A stretch of DNA of 64,000 nucleotides from Chrysomallon squamiferum (Eukaryota > Animalia > Mollusca), in NCBI GenBank assembly GCA_012295275.1, contig CM022679.1, positions 13,702,001 to 13,766,000 on the forward strand. The letters are read 5' to 3'. Every line of letters starts with the position of its first letter. Position 1 is the stretch's first letter. Below, piece after piece: positions 43,001-57,377 of the stretch. The notes beneath the pieces are model-generated. The model was not told the DNA's origin. It saw only the letters and a program-made list of their open reading frames with translations, and ran no database searches. Made by a program: the position numbers and the translations under genes.

Positions 43001-43813
43001 CATCGTACAAAACTTAATTTAGATGGTGCTGGTGTAAAAGAATATTTGTGATCTCATTCATAGGCCTGCAATAGGGTTATCAATAATAAAAAATGATCAA
43101 TGGATTTAGGGATGAATGTTTTCACCTTCATTTTAAAAAAGGAAAATCCCTGTTTTCAAGATGGGAGTAGTGATCAAGTATCCAGACAAAAGTATCCCCC
43201 AGTTATTTCTTCACACATCTACAATTATAATTGTGTTTGTATGAATCTCTATTTGCAGTGGTGTTTAGTCAGTTTTAATTGGTACCCACAGTATAAAGTA
43301 ATTACAACAAATAGAATTCAGAACTATACTTGAAAAAATAATAAAGGTGTGGGGAAACAAATATTCATAAGGGGAATACAAACATTCTTTCCAAGTGGAA
43401 TAACTGTTTTGGGGGAACAAATATTGTTTGACACCGGCATTAAAAATTATTTGAAAAGGAGTTGTGAAAGAAAAGTCTAAGAATTCCTGCTTTAAATTAC
43501 TTAGCATTTGTTTCTGGCTATCGTTTTATAAATGCTAAAAACATGCTGACATAATAACATATATATCAATAATAAGACATTTGGATCCTAAGAAGAATTC
43601 CTTCTATGTTTGGAATGAATTCATGTACACTCTTACAGTGAACCTTCGACATAATTATTACTGAAGCATACATTACATATCAATAAAGGCAAACACTTCA
43701 AAACAAAATATTAATATATCTGTAATAATTACACATATAGCACAAACAAAACTGAAATGTCTACAATAATCAAATATGTTAATACTAAGTTAATTCTACT
43801 GTTGTTCTATCAG

Positions 43814-43930
43814 CTTGCGGCGATGGTTATGGACACTGTACTGAAGTAGGAAAAACAATCAAGAAAGGATGTATGGAACTGAAGTGTCTCAGGGAAATTT
43901 CTAAATGTGGCCTTGTTCCATTTAAAGGAG
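43814..43930 (+). CDS. 117-nt phase-1 exon, second Cys-rich module of the same type
   Basis: atcag|...|gtgagt; ACGDGYGHCTEVGKTIKKGCMELKCLREISKCGLVPFKG; C..G.C...G......C....C spacing parallels the 126-nt exon. Confidence 0.6.
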
Positions 43931-44845
43931 GTGAGTATTTCAGTTTATATAATTACCTCTCATTAAAAAAAAAAAACAACAATAAATAAAAAAAACACCT
44001 AGTTATCTGTACTTGTGAAGAAGAAGAAGAAAAAAACCAAATATTTTTTGGTATGGTTTGTTACCCTATTATAACAGTAAAATGTTTGTATCTAGAACAA
44101 CAGTAGTATATTAGTTGTGTTAGAACATGTACATTATAATGTGAGCGTCATAATGATATGACCTTATTTTCGTTCTGTATTGTGTTTACCTTTGTTTATA
44201 AATGTTTACCATTTGTTATTTAACATTGTTTACATGCAATTTTGCATATCTGGTTCAGTAAATAAATAGTTGTCCTATACACACTCAGTAGTCATGTACA
44301 TTATAAAACAATCTTAAACTAATGTCTCAGACACATTATCTAGAATAATAGTAAAAAATCATACTTCTAACCTCCCTAAATATCATATGTTAGCTACTTT
44401 GTATTAAATGATTATATCATCTACAAGTTTCTTTAGCTTTTGAATTTCGTAACAGTTATTTCGTAAATGTTATCTATCCTGTACGCTAATCTATTAGATT
44501 AAGTAAGGAGTCTGATGGAAAAACATGATATCGAAGCAAACATATATCAACGTAATAAAATCAAATAAAAAGTAGTTATCCAAGGAGATTTTTTTAATGT
44601 GGTTTGTTTCACTATTAAAACCAAAACTGAGCTTAAATAAAGAAATATAAAAGAAAAGAAAGAAAATAATTTTTTAAAATATAAAATAAGATAAAACAAA
44701 TATAAAAAAATAAAAGAAATTAAATTAAATTAAAAAAATAAGAAATTTCTTTTTTTGCTTTTACCGTTTATAAATACAGTTTTTCAGCCTTTTCCCATTC
44801 TTTGTCTTCGGCTATAATCACTGTTTTTAGTTTATTTGGAAGACC

Positions 44846-46954
44846 TTATCCATTAGGAATATGTTTGTTCTTATTACGTATGATAATCACTATATCATCA
44901 TCATGAACAGCAATGGTCTGGTCAGCAGTGTTTCTGTTTCTGGAATTCTGTCCAACAGGAAGATCTTCATCTGTTTCACTTATTTCCTGACTCAACACAC
45001 TTCCAGGACTTCTTCTGTAGAGATGTCTGTTAGCATCAACATCCTCTCCTTGTTTTTCATCACTGCTGCAGTGGATGTTCCCGTTGGGGACTGCCTGACA
45101 CAAAGTTGTTGTATCTGTGTCCCCAGCTCCATCTCCTGCCTCAGTCTGAGATTCAGAACACACGTTCTGCAACACCATCTTGTTCTCTAGAAATATTAAA
45201 ACTGAATATACTCATATCTTTTATTAGTCACTTGTGTAACTCCATGAGAAAAAAACAACAACAACCAAATAAATAAATAAATAAATTTAAAAAATAAAAT
45301 AAAATAAATAAATAAATAATAAAAAGAAAATGAAATAAACTTTGTTAAAAATATAAGAATATACTAGTAAGAAATTACTGTTTCATTGTACAACTCATAC
45401 AAATTACATTTCATCTACAAATTTTACATAGCATTAATGTTATTCTCATAATTACTCTGAAATTCATGAAATAGCATAAGTCAGAAATTGCTATGAACTG
45501 AACAAAAATTTATATTTTACAGCAGCGAGACAGCAAGACATTAAAGAAAATATTTTACACAAAATAAGTTTGTTTGTTCAAATTAACATTAGTGATCTTC
45601 ATTTCACCTTAATGTAGGGCTTTACTTTGACGGTATGATATATATATATATATATTTTTTTGGAATGACAACTAATCTTTGCTAATGATAATGTATGACA
45701 ATAAAGATGTACTATCACGAAACTGGATGAGTATTGTAATTTTCTGCCTTTATTTGCATCAGTGATGACGACATCATTTTGTTTGATGAGGAGACTTGTC
45801 TATACCCAAATTAGCATGGATTCATACTTTATAGGTTGTTTGTATGGAGAAGACCAATATGATTCAGTAATTATTATTTCCTGCATTTATGTATGTATAT
45901 ATAGATGTGCGTATATATATATGCGAGTGAGTAAGTCAGAGGATGGGTTAGTGAGTGATGTATGCATGAGTGAGGGAGTGAAAAAAGTAAACATTAATAG
46001 GATCAAGCTATTCTCAAGGATCCTTGTTCACAGGCATGACAGACTTTGGAAAGTACTAAAAAAGCAGGAACATTAATTAAATACATTTAAATACAAACTA
46101 TGAGTAATGGGAAATCATACACCAGACTCAGACATTTGGAAAATCTTACAAATAGACTCAAACATTTGGGAAATTATACAAACAGATAAAAATATTTTCA
46201 TAACAGTCGCTTTGACTTACGAGTTTAATTCGTTCCGAGACAGAGCTCGTAACTCTATTTGCTCATATATCAAATCAGTTTTCCCAACTGAAATTAATTG
46301 AAATACCATTAATCCGTTCTAAATCCCACCAAAACCACCCCATTTGTTTGTTTTGTTTTCTTTGTTTGTTTTTATATTTTTGTAATTTGTTTTTAAATAA
46401 GAAAAATGTATTTATAAATAACAAATACTCTATAAAAACAAAATAAAAGAGAATGTAACGAAAGAAACTAGTTTTGTAAAGTGTATTTATCTTGGAGATC
46501 AGACAAATTATTTTAAAGCCTTTGGCTGGAATTACAGCCTTTATCGACTCCTTCAGCTTCAGTATGAAGACATATCTAGAAGTATTACGCTCATACTGCC
46601 TAGCCAAGTCGACTACATGCACACACCTTTCTCATGGTTTTCTATGAATTCAAGCTTTAATTCAATGGACATCGTCACCTTCTTCTTCTCAGCAATGTCC
46701 TTTGCATTTTGCACTCACTTTCTTAGGATCGATGGTCAGAAAAAAGAAATTTGGCAAAATGCTGCACAAAACCCGAGGACAACACCACAGAGATGCTTCC
46801 GCGGCGAGTAACCACGGGAAGTAAACGAGTGAGACGCGGGATGCTGGCTGGGTGTTATATTGTTCGTTGCGCCAACTGTATTTTGACTGAATTTGAAACT
46901 AATCTGAACTGAAACATGTGCAGTGTTGTTTGTTTGTGTGTGTGGTGTGCATAA

Positions 46955-46991
<37 letters not shown>

Positions 46992-48508
46992 CGTGTTTTC
47001 AGAATTTGATAACTGGAAAAATAGCTGTATAACTCACCTGCTGTTTTTCCTGTTTCAATTAGTTCTGTTTGTTCTTCAACTTTTTCCATGACGTGTTCAT
47101 GTTTGTTCTTACTCAGTCTTCTCCATTTTAGGCAAACCAGTACAGCTGCAGCTGATAATACTGCTACTGTTGTTAGACATGCTATGGAAAATGCTGTATA
47201 AAGGACCTCGTTATGTTGTGGAAGATCTGAAATACAATCAGAGTAACTTTGTAACATCACCTTTAGAAAAAACTATAAATTTATCCATTTTTATCAAGGA
47301 AACTCGACTGCTCCCTTTGTACATATACATACATACACACATATATACACACAAATACATATATACACACACACACAAACACACATACACTTTCACTGCC
47401 ATAAAGTATATACATACATTCATACATACACATCCACACTCACGCATTCATACTATACATATATAAATAATCACGAAAACATATATACCAGCAGACATAC
47501 AAACAAACAAACATACATACATACATACATACATACATACATACATACATACATACATGCATACATGCATACATACATACATACATGCATGCATTCATAT
47601 ATCCTCATATATACAGGGTTGTTTGATGGCCGAACGGTAACATCGTCAGCATTCGGAGTGCGAGCGAATGGGTGCCATACGTTCGAGTCTCATCAACGAC
47701 ATCTGACGGGTTTGTGAGGTCGTGATTGCACTTTATCCTCCTGTGCCACAGCGTTCCTGAATGTTGTCTATGTGCAAAGTCTATTCAGACGTACATAAGA
47801 CACTGAATATTCAAAATCCTAAACTACATACATACAAACATACATAATACACACAAATATATATACGTACGTGCATGCATACATACATACATACACATAC
47901 GCACAGATATGCATACACAAGCATTTATTATTTCATGACTGTAGTAATAATAAGCCTTACTTTCTGTTATTTGATTGCCAACGAAATCTGAAACAAAAGC
48001 AAGAAATAAATATAATCTGGTGAAATAAACACAGAGAAAATTTGTTACTGTGTATAAAATGAGATCAAAAACACAAAAGTTGTAGCTGTAACTTTGTGAA
48101 GATCTGTGTGTTTATTTATTTATTTATTTGTTTATTTGATTGTTTTTCTGTTTATTTATTTATCAAATAACGAGACACATAATAAAAATGTTACAGTACT
48201 GTTGTAAAATATAGTATCATTTAACCCAGAAACACCTGCTTTATAGAAACATTTTAAAACATACAAATAGCAAACATATTTTTAATTAGAAACCTTTATA
48301 ACTAATAAACACACACACACACACACACGTACACACACACACTCATTCACAAATATATAGCCAAAGGACCAAAGCACCCTATAATATACATTACATGATC
48401 AACTTTAAGTCAACTTGAATCCCCTGAGATTAAATTAGAAAATGTTTTTTTTTAATGAAAACATTCCTATGTCTGTGTTTTTTATTTCTTAAACACACAC
48501 ACACACAA

Positions 48509-48556
<48 letters not shown>

Positions 48557-49434
48557 GTACATGCATTCATACATACATATAACCACATAAACATATGTAG
48601 ATATATAGACACACACACACACACACACACACAAGATTAGATATACACACAAAAACATTTATAAGTTTTGGGCTGTAATAATAATAAGATTTACCTGTCT
48701 TTGGGTGATTATCAAGGAAAGCTGAAACAAAAACAAAATAAAAATAAAATCTCTGAAATAAGCACAAAGAAAAGTTGTTACTCTGTACAAAATGAGATTA
48801 AAAACTAAAAACTTGTAACAGTGAAAATCTCTGTGTTTATTTGTTCGTTTGTTTGTCTGTTTATTCATTTATTTACTAACTCTCTTATTTATTTATTTAT
48901 TTATTTGTTTGTTTGTTTAATTGTTTGTTTCGTGATTTGTCTGTTTATTTATTTATTTATTTGTCAAATAATAAGACACATAAATAAAATGTGACATTAG
49001 TGTTATAAAATATAGTATCATTTAGCCTAGAAAGACCTGCATTATAGAAACATTTAAAAACATAAAAATACCAAAAATATTTCTTATTAGAAGCTTTTAT
49101 ACACATACTCATGCATAAATATTCAAAAACATACATGCGGATACTAACAGACAAAGGACACATACACAGACATACACACAACTACACACAGCTACACACA
49201 CACACACACACACACAAACTCGCATACATACATACATACATACATACATACATACATACACAGCTACCTACCTTCACAGAAAGGAGTACACTGTTCAGGG
49301 AAATCCAAACGCATTGTCAAGCACGAATCACTGATGTCTTTGCAGTAATAGCACCTGTCATCTTCAGGTACACAATACTGTTCTATCTCATCACATACAT
49401 CGTGGCCACATCTAAACGTTGTTTCAGTTGCCAT
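44846..49434 (-). CDS. TNFR-like gene copy D; exons 49434(ATG)-49272, 48721-48695, 47987-47961, 47226-47038, 45186-44846; 248 aa, no signal peptide
   Basis: MATETTFRCGHDVCDEIEQYCVPEDDRCYYCKDISDSCLTMRLDFPEQCTPFCE-AFLDNHPKT-DFVGNQITE-NLPQHNEVLYTAFSIACLTTVAVLSAAAVLVCLKWRR...-ENKMVLQNVCSE...HIPNG*; the tail stops 27 codons earlier than in C. Confidence 0.78.
46204..46878 (-). mobile_element. pogo/Tigger derivative, paralogous to 30590-31280
   Basis: DPKKVSAK...HVVDLARQYERNTSRYVFILKLKESIKAVIPAKG. Confidence 0.8.
47616..47835 (+). mobile_element. tRNA-derived SINE
   Basis: Consensus Pol III A-box TGGCCGAACGG and B-box GTTCGAGTC, followed by non-tRNA body and tail. Confidence 0.7.
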
Positions 49435-49610
49435 CTTGTCTATTTCATACGCCTACAGCAAAAGCTCCTCCGGACAGGAAAGAAATCTATAACAGAATAT
49501 GCTGAACAGGTCTCCCATTTTGTTGGACTGGAAAATGTTAGTCCATTGTTGGAGGTTTGGGGAAAATAAACTATACTGTAATTCCCTACTGTTTTATCAT
49601 TTGCTATATT

Positions 49611-49726
<116 letters not shown>

Positions 49727-50911
49727 TGATATACTGATTTACTGATTTATTTTTATTTCTATTTTTATTTTTATTTTTTTACAGCATCGTTACAAGATAT
49801 AGAAAATATTATTTTGCCGTGTGATCATTTACCCTAGATATTCTCACAATGTTCATATTTCATATATAGAGTATACAGACAGTCTGCAGGTAATTAATTC
49901 TACACAATAATTTTAATAATTTATAGGTGACAGTCGATTTCATAGAGCAATAGGATTAACATCGGTCCAGAAAATACAAAAGTCTGGGAATTCGCGAATC
50001 TAAATATTAACCCTAAAATATACAAAAACATTAAAGTTAGTACACGTAACACATACAAAACACAGAGATATAATAATCTAAGAACAATATAAAGAAAAAA
50101 ACAAATTAAACAAATTTCATACGGTATATGTTAAGAAAAAGGAAGAGGAGAAAAATGTAGACTACGTTGGGTAAAGTTATGAGTGAATTGTAAAATGTAT
50201 TCTTACCTTGATGGAAATTGGATTGAGAGAGGACTGCAGCGATCGTATAATTGAACACAGAATAAGTTAATAGTACGTAGAGGCAAGGTTTCAAGCGGGA
50301 AATGACGTGTGTTCAGATTTATTCAGACAAAATAATCACGTGTCACGTAAGTGATATAAATAGTTCGGAATTTCCAAGTTAAAAATAAATCCATATCGGA
50401 TTTAAAAATTATATTTTATTAAGCTCATACACAGACAAGAAAAAAAAGAAAAAAAAAAAGAAGCAATTTGACTTACTTGAATGTGTACATATTTGCTTTT
50501 CTGTAATTATTTCTTTTAGTGTTGACTTTCGACTCAAAGAATCAGTTAAACTGAAGAGAATTCCGAGGAATATTTGAATATTTCCTCAACAAAGTAACTT
50601 AAAAGTACATAACTAGAGCCAAGGTTTCGAGACGGAAATTACGGCATGTTCAGATTTATCTGTCGCGTAGGAGATATAAATAGTTCGGAATTTTTTTTAA
50701 TAAATGTTAATTATTATTATTATTAAATTAAAACTATAATATAAATAATGATAAATAAATGAAATATTGCAAAAATAACAATAATAATAATAAACATCTA
50801 ATAAAAATGTACATAAGTTACAATTAAAAAATTATATCTAAATAATAATAATGAGAAGAAGAAGAAGAAAAAGAAGAAGAAGAACGAAAGAAAGAAAGAA
50901 AGAAAGAAGGA

Positions 50912-50943
<32 letters not shown>

Positions 50944-51465
50944 AAAGCTAGTAATCGCTTCTGCAAATACAGCTTCGGGACAGAAAACATTGATTATACA
51001 TATGTACAGTTTCATATGATTTAAAATAAATTCAAATCAGAATTAAAATTAAAATTAAAATATATTATAAAATGAATCAAAATAAAATATAATAATTTTA
51101 GGACATAAATTTTGGTTTTCCTTTTCTATTTTTTAAAACAGAACCTGGATAAGAAATTAAAGGAGGAAAATAATTATGTCGTTAACAAAGTTTTGCGAGG
51201 GTTGAGTGACACATTATCACCGATATTGTTGTCCTGTATAACATGCAGTATTGCTTTTTCATTGATAGATAGATACATAGATAGATTTGAATTGTTTGCT
51301 CACAATTCTGAGTTTCTGCTGATGAACTTGTTGTTGCCGTTGTTTTCTTTTTCATTACTACTACTGCTACTACTACTAAAATCAGTACTACTACAACTAC
51401 TACTTTTACTACCACTACCACTATCATTACTACTACTACCACCATCACTTCCATTGTTTATCTGC

Positions 51466-51500
<35 letters not shown>

Positions 51501-51520
51501 CTTACTTATTTATTTTATAG

Positions 51521-51646
51521 GATGCTCCTTTAATGGCAAATGCTATGGTGAAGGAGCATATTGGTCATACAGCTGCTCGAAATTCACGTGCATTAACAAC
51601 AGCAACAAAACACATTTTCAGTGGAAAAGTCAGACTGTTAGCAAAG
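51521..51646 (+). CDS. 126-nt phase-1 exon, VWC/FnI-like module
   Basis: GCSFNGKCYGEGAYWSYSCSKFTCINNSNKTHFQWKSQTVSK; fits the C.FNG..Y..G..W...C....C pattern; canonical splice sites. Confidence 0.7.
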
Positions 51647-53086
51647 GTAAGAGAGTTGTTAGCAAAGATAAGAGAATCGATAGAATTTCAGACTGTTAGC
51701 AAAGATAAGAGAATCGATAGAATTTCAGGCTGTTAGCAAAGGTAAGAAAGTCGATAGAATTTTAGATCGTTTACAAAGATAAGAGTTGATAGAATTTCAG
51801 ACTGTTAGCAAAGGTAAGAGAGTTGATAGAATTTCAGATTGTTAGCAAAGGTAAGAAAGCTGATAGAATTTCAGACTGTTAGCAAAGATAAGAGAGTTGA
51901 TAGAATTTCAGATTGTTAGCAAAGATAAGAGTTGATAGAATTTCAGATTGTTAGCAAAGGTAAGAAAGTCGATAGAATTTCAGGCTGTTAGCAAAGGTAA
52001 GAAAGCTGATAGAATTTCAGACTGTTAGCAAAGATAAGAGAGTTGATAGAATTTCAGATTGTTAGCAAAGGTAAGAAAGTCGATAGAATTTCAGGCTGTT
52101 AGCAAAGGTAAGAAAGTCGATAGAATTTTAGATCGTTTACAAAGATAAGAGTTGATAGAATTTCAGATTGTTAGCAAAGGTAAGAGAGTTGATAGAATTT
52201 CAGATTGTTAGCAAAGGTAAGAAAGCTGATAGAATTTCAGACTGTTAGCAAAGATAAGAGAGTTGATAGAATTTCAGATTGTTAGCAAAGATAAGAGTTG
52301 ATATAATTTCAGATTGTTAGCAAAGGTAAGAAAGTCGATAGAATTTCAGGCTGTTAGCAAAGGTAAGAAAGCTGATAGAATTTCAGACTGTTAGCAAAGA
52401 TAAGAGAGTTGATAGAATTTCAGATTGTTAGCAAAGATAAGAGTTGATAGAATTTCAGATTGTTAGCAAAGGTAAGAAAGTCGATAGAATTTCAGGCTGT
52501 TAGCAAAGGTAAGAAAGTCGATAGAATTTTAGATCGTTTACAAAGATAAGAGTTGATAGAATTTCAGATTGTTAGCAAAGGTAAGAGAGTTGATAGAATT
52601 TCAGATTGTTAGCAAAGGTAAGAAAGTCGATAGAATTTCAGATTGTTTACAAAGATAAGAGTTGATAGAATTTCAGATTGTTAGCAAAGGTAAGAGAGTT
52701 GATAGAATTTCAGATTGTTAGCAAAAGTAAGAGAGTTGATAGAATTTCAGATTGTTAGCAAAGGTAAGAGAGTCGATAGAATTTCAGATTGTTTACAAAC
52801 ATAAGAGTTGATAGAATTTCAGACTGTTAGCAAAGGTAAGAAAGTCGATAGAATTTCAGATTGTTTACAAAGGTAAGAGTTGATAGAATTTCAGATTGTT
52901 AACAAAGGTAAGAGAGTTGATAGAATTTCAGATTTTTCGCAAAGGTAAGAAAGTCGATAGAATTTCAGGCTGTTAGCAAAGATAAGAAAGTCGATAGAAT
53001 TTCAGATTGTTTACAAAGGTAAGAGAGTCGGTAGAATTTCTGATTGTTAGCAAAGGTAAGAAAGTCGATAGAATTTCAGATTGTTA
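51632..53086 (+). repeat. 35-37-bp minisatellite, about 40 units, with higher-order blocks
   Basis: Same unit as 38494; the variant TTTTAGATCGTTTAC recurs at about 51761, 52126 and 52527. Confidence 0.95.
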
Positions 53087-53822
53087 TCAATGTTTCACAA
53101 TGAAAATTTTATAACGCTATCAATTTTTCACAGTTTAGATGCTATAAATATTTTCAGTTTTTCACAGTGTAAACGTTATGAATGTTATCAGGTTTCAAGT
53201 GGGAAATGACGGTATGTTCAGATTTGATCTAAAAGGAAATTCACGTGTCACATAAGCGATATAAATAGTTTGGAATTTTCAAGTTAAAAAATAAACCCAT
53301 ATCGGAAGTTATAATTTTAAAAATTATTTTTTTAATTTTTTATCGTTAGAAAATCTGGTAGTCCGCAGTAAATACTAGTATTACAATTTTATTATTTACG
53401 TGTTGTTGTTTTTTCCAAATTACACACACGCACGCACGTACGCACTCACACACACACATGTATGTACTTATTTCCTTTTCTGTAATTATTATTGTCATCT
53501 CAAATTTTAAATATTTATAATGGAAGTGTTTGAAAAAGGTAGTTAATAACTCATTTTGATTAATATTGTTATTATAGTGTTTGTTTGATTGTTTCAAGAT
53601 GATAAACGTTTAAAACTCACAAAATATATTCAAAAAACAAATAAATTTTTATATCAAAATAAATATGTGTGTTGTTCATAAATAAAACATTTAAGAAAAT
53701 TGTTTTTATATTTTATGAAACATAGTGAAAGAAGATAAAATACAAAACAAAATAAAAGCTTGTAAAATAATATATTTTTATTATAATAATAATTTAAACT
53801 GTAACTGAAGAAGTAATAACAA

Positions 53823-54022
53823 NNNNNNNNNNNNNNNNNNNNNNNNNNNNNNNNNNNNNNNNNNNNNNNNNNNNNNNNNNNNNNNNNNNNNNNNNNNNNN
53901 NNNNNNNNNNNNNNNNNNNNNNNNNNNNNNNNNNNNNNNNNNNNNNNNNNNNNNNNNNNNNNNNNNNNNNNNNNNNNNNNNNNNNNNNNNNNNNNNNNNN
54001 NNNNNNNNNNNNNNNNNNNNNN
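53823..54022. other. Assembly gap (200 N)
   Basis: N run between near-identical blocks. Confidence 0.99.
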
Positions 54023-55790
54023 GGTTTCAAGTTGAAAATGACGTGTGTTCAGCTTTATTCAGACAAAATAACCACGTTTCGCGTAAGCGATATAAATAGT
54101 TCTATTTCCCAAATTAAAAGTAAATCCATACCGGAAATTTATAGTTTTTATTTTAGTTTATTTTTATTTTTATATATTTATTTATTCGTTGTTTGTTTTG
54201 TTTTTTTGTTTTTTTTTGGTGTTTTTTTGTATTTTATTATTATTATTTTTAATTTCTTTCGAAAATATAGAAAACGTTATTTTCCCATTCCGTCATTTAC
54301 CTTAGATATTCTCACAACGTTCAAATTTCGTAGACACATTATACAGACAGTATGCAGGTAATTAATTCTATACAATATTTTTAATAATTTACAGGTGACA
54401 CTCGATTTCATAGAGCGATAGAGTTAATACAAAAGTCTGGGAAATCGTGAATCTAAATATTAACCCTCAAATTTACCAAAACATTAAACTTAAGAACACA
54501 CATTGCATCTATTTAATACGGTAATATAATAATGTGAGAACAATATACAGATGAAAACAAATTAAAGGTTTCAAGCGGGATGTTTTTTAACACACACACA
54601 CACGAACAAACAAAAAAAGCAATTTGACTTATTTGAATGTGTACTTAATTTCTTTTCTGTAATTATTTCTTTTTGTGTTCACTTTCGACTCAAAGAATCA
54701 GTTAAACTGAAAAATATTCCCAGAAATATTTGAATACACCCTCAACAGGATAACTTAAGAGTACATACGTAGAGCCAAGCTTTCGACTCAAAGAATCAGT
54801 TAAACTGAAAAGTATTTCGAGGAATATTTGAATATTTCCTCAACAGAGTAACTTAACAGTGTATTCGTAGTGCCAAGGTTTCGAGACGGAAATTACGGCT
54901 TGTTCAGATTTATCTGTCACGTAGGAGATATAAATAGATCGGAATTTCCAAGTTAAAAATCAATCTATATCGGAAATTATAAATTAAAAAAAAAAAAATG
55001 TTTAATAAATGTTAATTATTATTATTATTAAATTAAAACTATAATATAAATAATGATAAATTAATGAAATTATGCAAAAATAACAATAACAATAATAAAC
55101 ATCTAATAAAAATTTACAAAAGTTACAATTATAAATTTATATCTAAATAATAATAATGAGAAAAAGAAGAAGAAGAACAAAAGAAAGAAAGAAAAGCTAG
55201 TAATCGCTTCAGCAAATACAGCTTATGGACAGAAAACATTGATTACACATATGTACATTTTCATATGATTTAAAATAAATTAAAATCAAAATTAAAATAT
55301 ATTATAAAATGAATCAAAATAAAATAAAAAGTATGTTTATAAAATAAAATATAATAATTTTAGGACATAAATTTTGGTTTTCCTTTTCTATTTTTTAAAA
55401 CAGAACCTGGATAAGAAATTAAAGGAGGAAAATAATTATGTCGTTAACAAAGTTTTGCGAGGGTTGAATGACACATTATCACCGATATTGTTGTCCTGTA
55501 TAACATGCAGTATTGCTTTTTCATTGATAGATAGATTTGAATTGTTTGCTCACAATTCTGAGTTTCTGCTGATGAAATTGTTGTTGCCGTTGTTTTCTTT
55601 TTCAATACTACTACTGCTACTACTACTAAAATCAATACTACTACAACTACTACCATTACTACCACTACCACTGCCACTATCATTACTACTACTACCACCA
55701 TCTCTTCCATTGTTTATCTGCTTATTTTTTTTAAATTTAAAAAAAAAAAAAAAAAAAAAATATTTACTTACTTATTTATTTATTTTACAG

Positions 55791-55916
55791 GATGTTCCTT
55801 TAATGGCAAATGCTATGGTGAAGGAGCATATTGGTCATACAGCTGTTCGAAATTCACATGCATTAACAACAGCAACAAAACACATTTTCAGTGGAAAAGT
55901 CAGACTGTTAGCAAAG
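55791..55916 (+). CDS. 126-nt phase-1 exon, VWC/FnI-like module (protein identical to the 51521 copy)
   Basis: Three nucleotide differences from 51521-51646, all synonymous (TGC/TGT twice, ACG/ACA). Confidence 0.7.
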
Positions 55917-57377
55917 GTAAGAGAGCTGATAGAATTTCAGATTGTTAGCAAAGATAAGAAAGTTGACAGAATTTCAGACTGTTAGCAAAGATAAGAAAGT
56001 TGACAGAATTTCAGATTGTTAACAAAGGTAAGAGAGTTGATAGAATTTCAGATTGTTAACAAAGATAAGAGTCGGTAGAATTTCAGATTGCTAACAAAGA
56101 TAAGAGAGTTGATAAAATTTCAGACTGTTAACAAAGATAAGAGAGTCGATAGAATTTCAGACTGTTAGCAAAGGTAAGAGAGTCTGTAGAGTTTCAGATT
56201 GTTAACACAGATAAGAGAGTTGATAGAATTTCAGATTGTTAACAAAGGTAAGAGAGTCAGTAGAATTTCAGACTGTTAGCAAAGGTAAGAGAGTCTGTAG
56301 AGTTTCAGATTGTTAACAAAGATAAGAGAGTTGATAGAATTTCAGATTGTTAACAAAGATAAGAGAGTTGATAGAATTTCAGACTGCTAACAAAGGTAAG
56401 AGAGTCGATAGAATTTCAGATTGTTAACAAAGGTAAGAGAGTTGATAGAATTTCAGATTGTTAACAAAGATAAGAGTCGGTAGAATTTCAGATTGCTAAC
56501 AAAGATAAGAGAGTTGATAAAATTTCAGACTGTTAACAAAGATAAGAGAGTCGATAGAATTTCAGACTGCTAACAAAGATAAGAGAGTCGATAGAATTTC
56601 AGACTGTTAGCAAAGGTAAGAGAGTCTGTAGAGTTTCAGATTGTTAACACAGATAAGAGAGTTGATAGAATTTCAGATTGTTAACAAAGGTAAGAGAGTC
56701 TGTAGAGTTTCAGATTGTTAACAAAGATAAGAGAGTTGATAGAATTTCAGACTGTTAACAAAGATAAGAGAGTTGATAGAATTTCAGACTGCTAACAAAG
56801 GTAAGAGAGTCGATAGAATTTCAGATTGTTAACAAAGGTAAGAGAGTCAGTAGAATTTCAGATTGTTAGCAAAGATAAGAGAGTCGATAGAATTTCAGAT
56901 TGTTAACAAAGATAAGAGAGTCAGTAGAATTTCAGATTGTTAACAAAGATAAGAGTCGACAGAATTTCAGATTGTTAGCAAAGATAAGAGTCGACAGAAT
57001 TTCAGATTGTTAGCAAAGATAAGAGTCGACAGAATTTCATATTGTTAGCAAAGATAAGAGAGTCGATAGAATTTCAGATTGTTAACAAAGATAAGAGTCG
57101 ACAGAATTTCAGATTGTTAGCAAAGATAAGAGAGTAGATATAATTTTATATTGTTAGCAAAGATAAGAAAGTCGATATAATTTCAGTTTGTTAGAAAAGA
57201 TAAGAAAGTCGATAGAATTTCTGATTGTTTGCAAAGATAAGAAAGTTGACAGCATTTCAGATTGTTAGCAAAGATAAGAAAGTTGACAGCATTTCTGATT
57301 GTTAGCAAAGGTAAGAGAGTCGATAGAATTTCAGATTGTTAGCAAAGGTAAGAGAGTCGATAGAATTTCAGATTGTT
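55902..57377 (+). repeat. 35-37-bp minisatellite, about 40 units
   Basis: Same unit; GTTAACAAAG variant predominates. Confidence 0.95.

Noticed and set aside
47616-47700. Functional tRNA gene
   Set aside because: A and B boxes are present, but I see no convincing cloverleaf; four diverged copies continue into a shared body and microsatellite tail, as expected for a SINE.
51112-51520. Poly-Leu hydrophobic ORFs (51112, 55374, 38185) as membrane proteins
   Set aside because: Derived from (CTA/CCA)n repeats; frames differ between copies. Only the downstream 126-nt exon is supported.
51632-57377. CRISPR-like appearance of the 37-bp repeats
   Set aside because: Units are head-to-tail with no unique spacers, there are no cas genes, and the context is a eukaryotic intron; this is a minisatellite.
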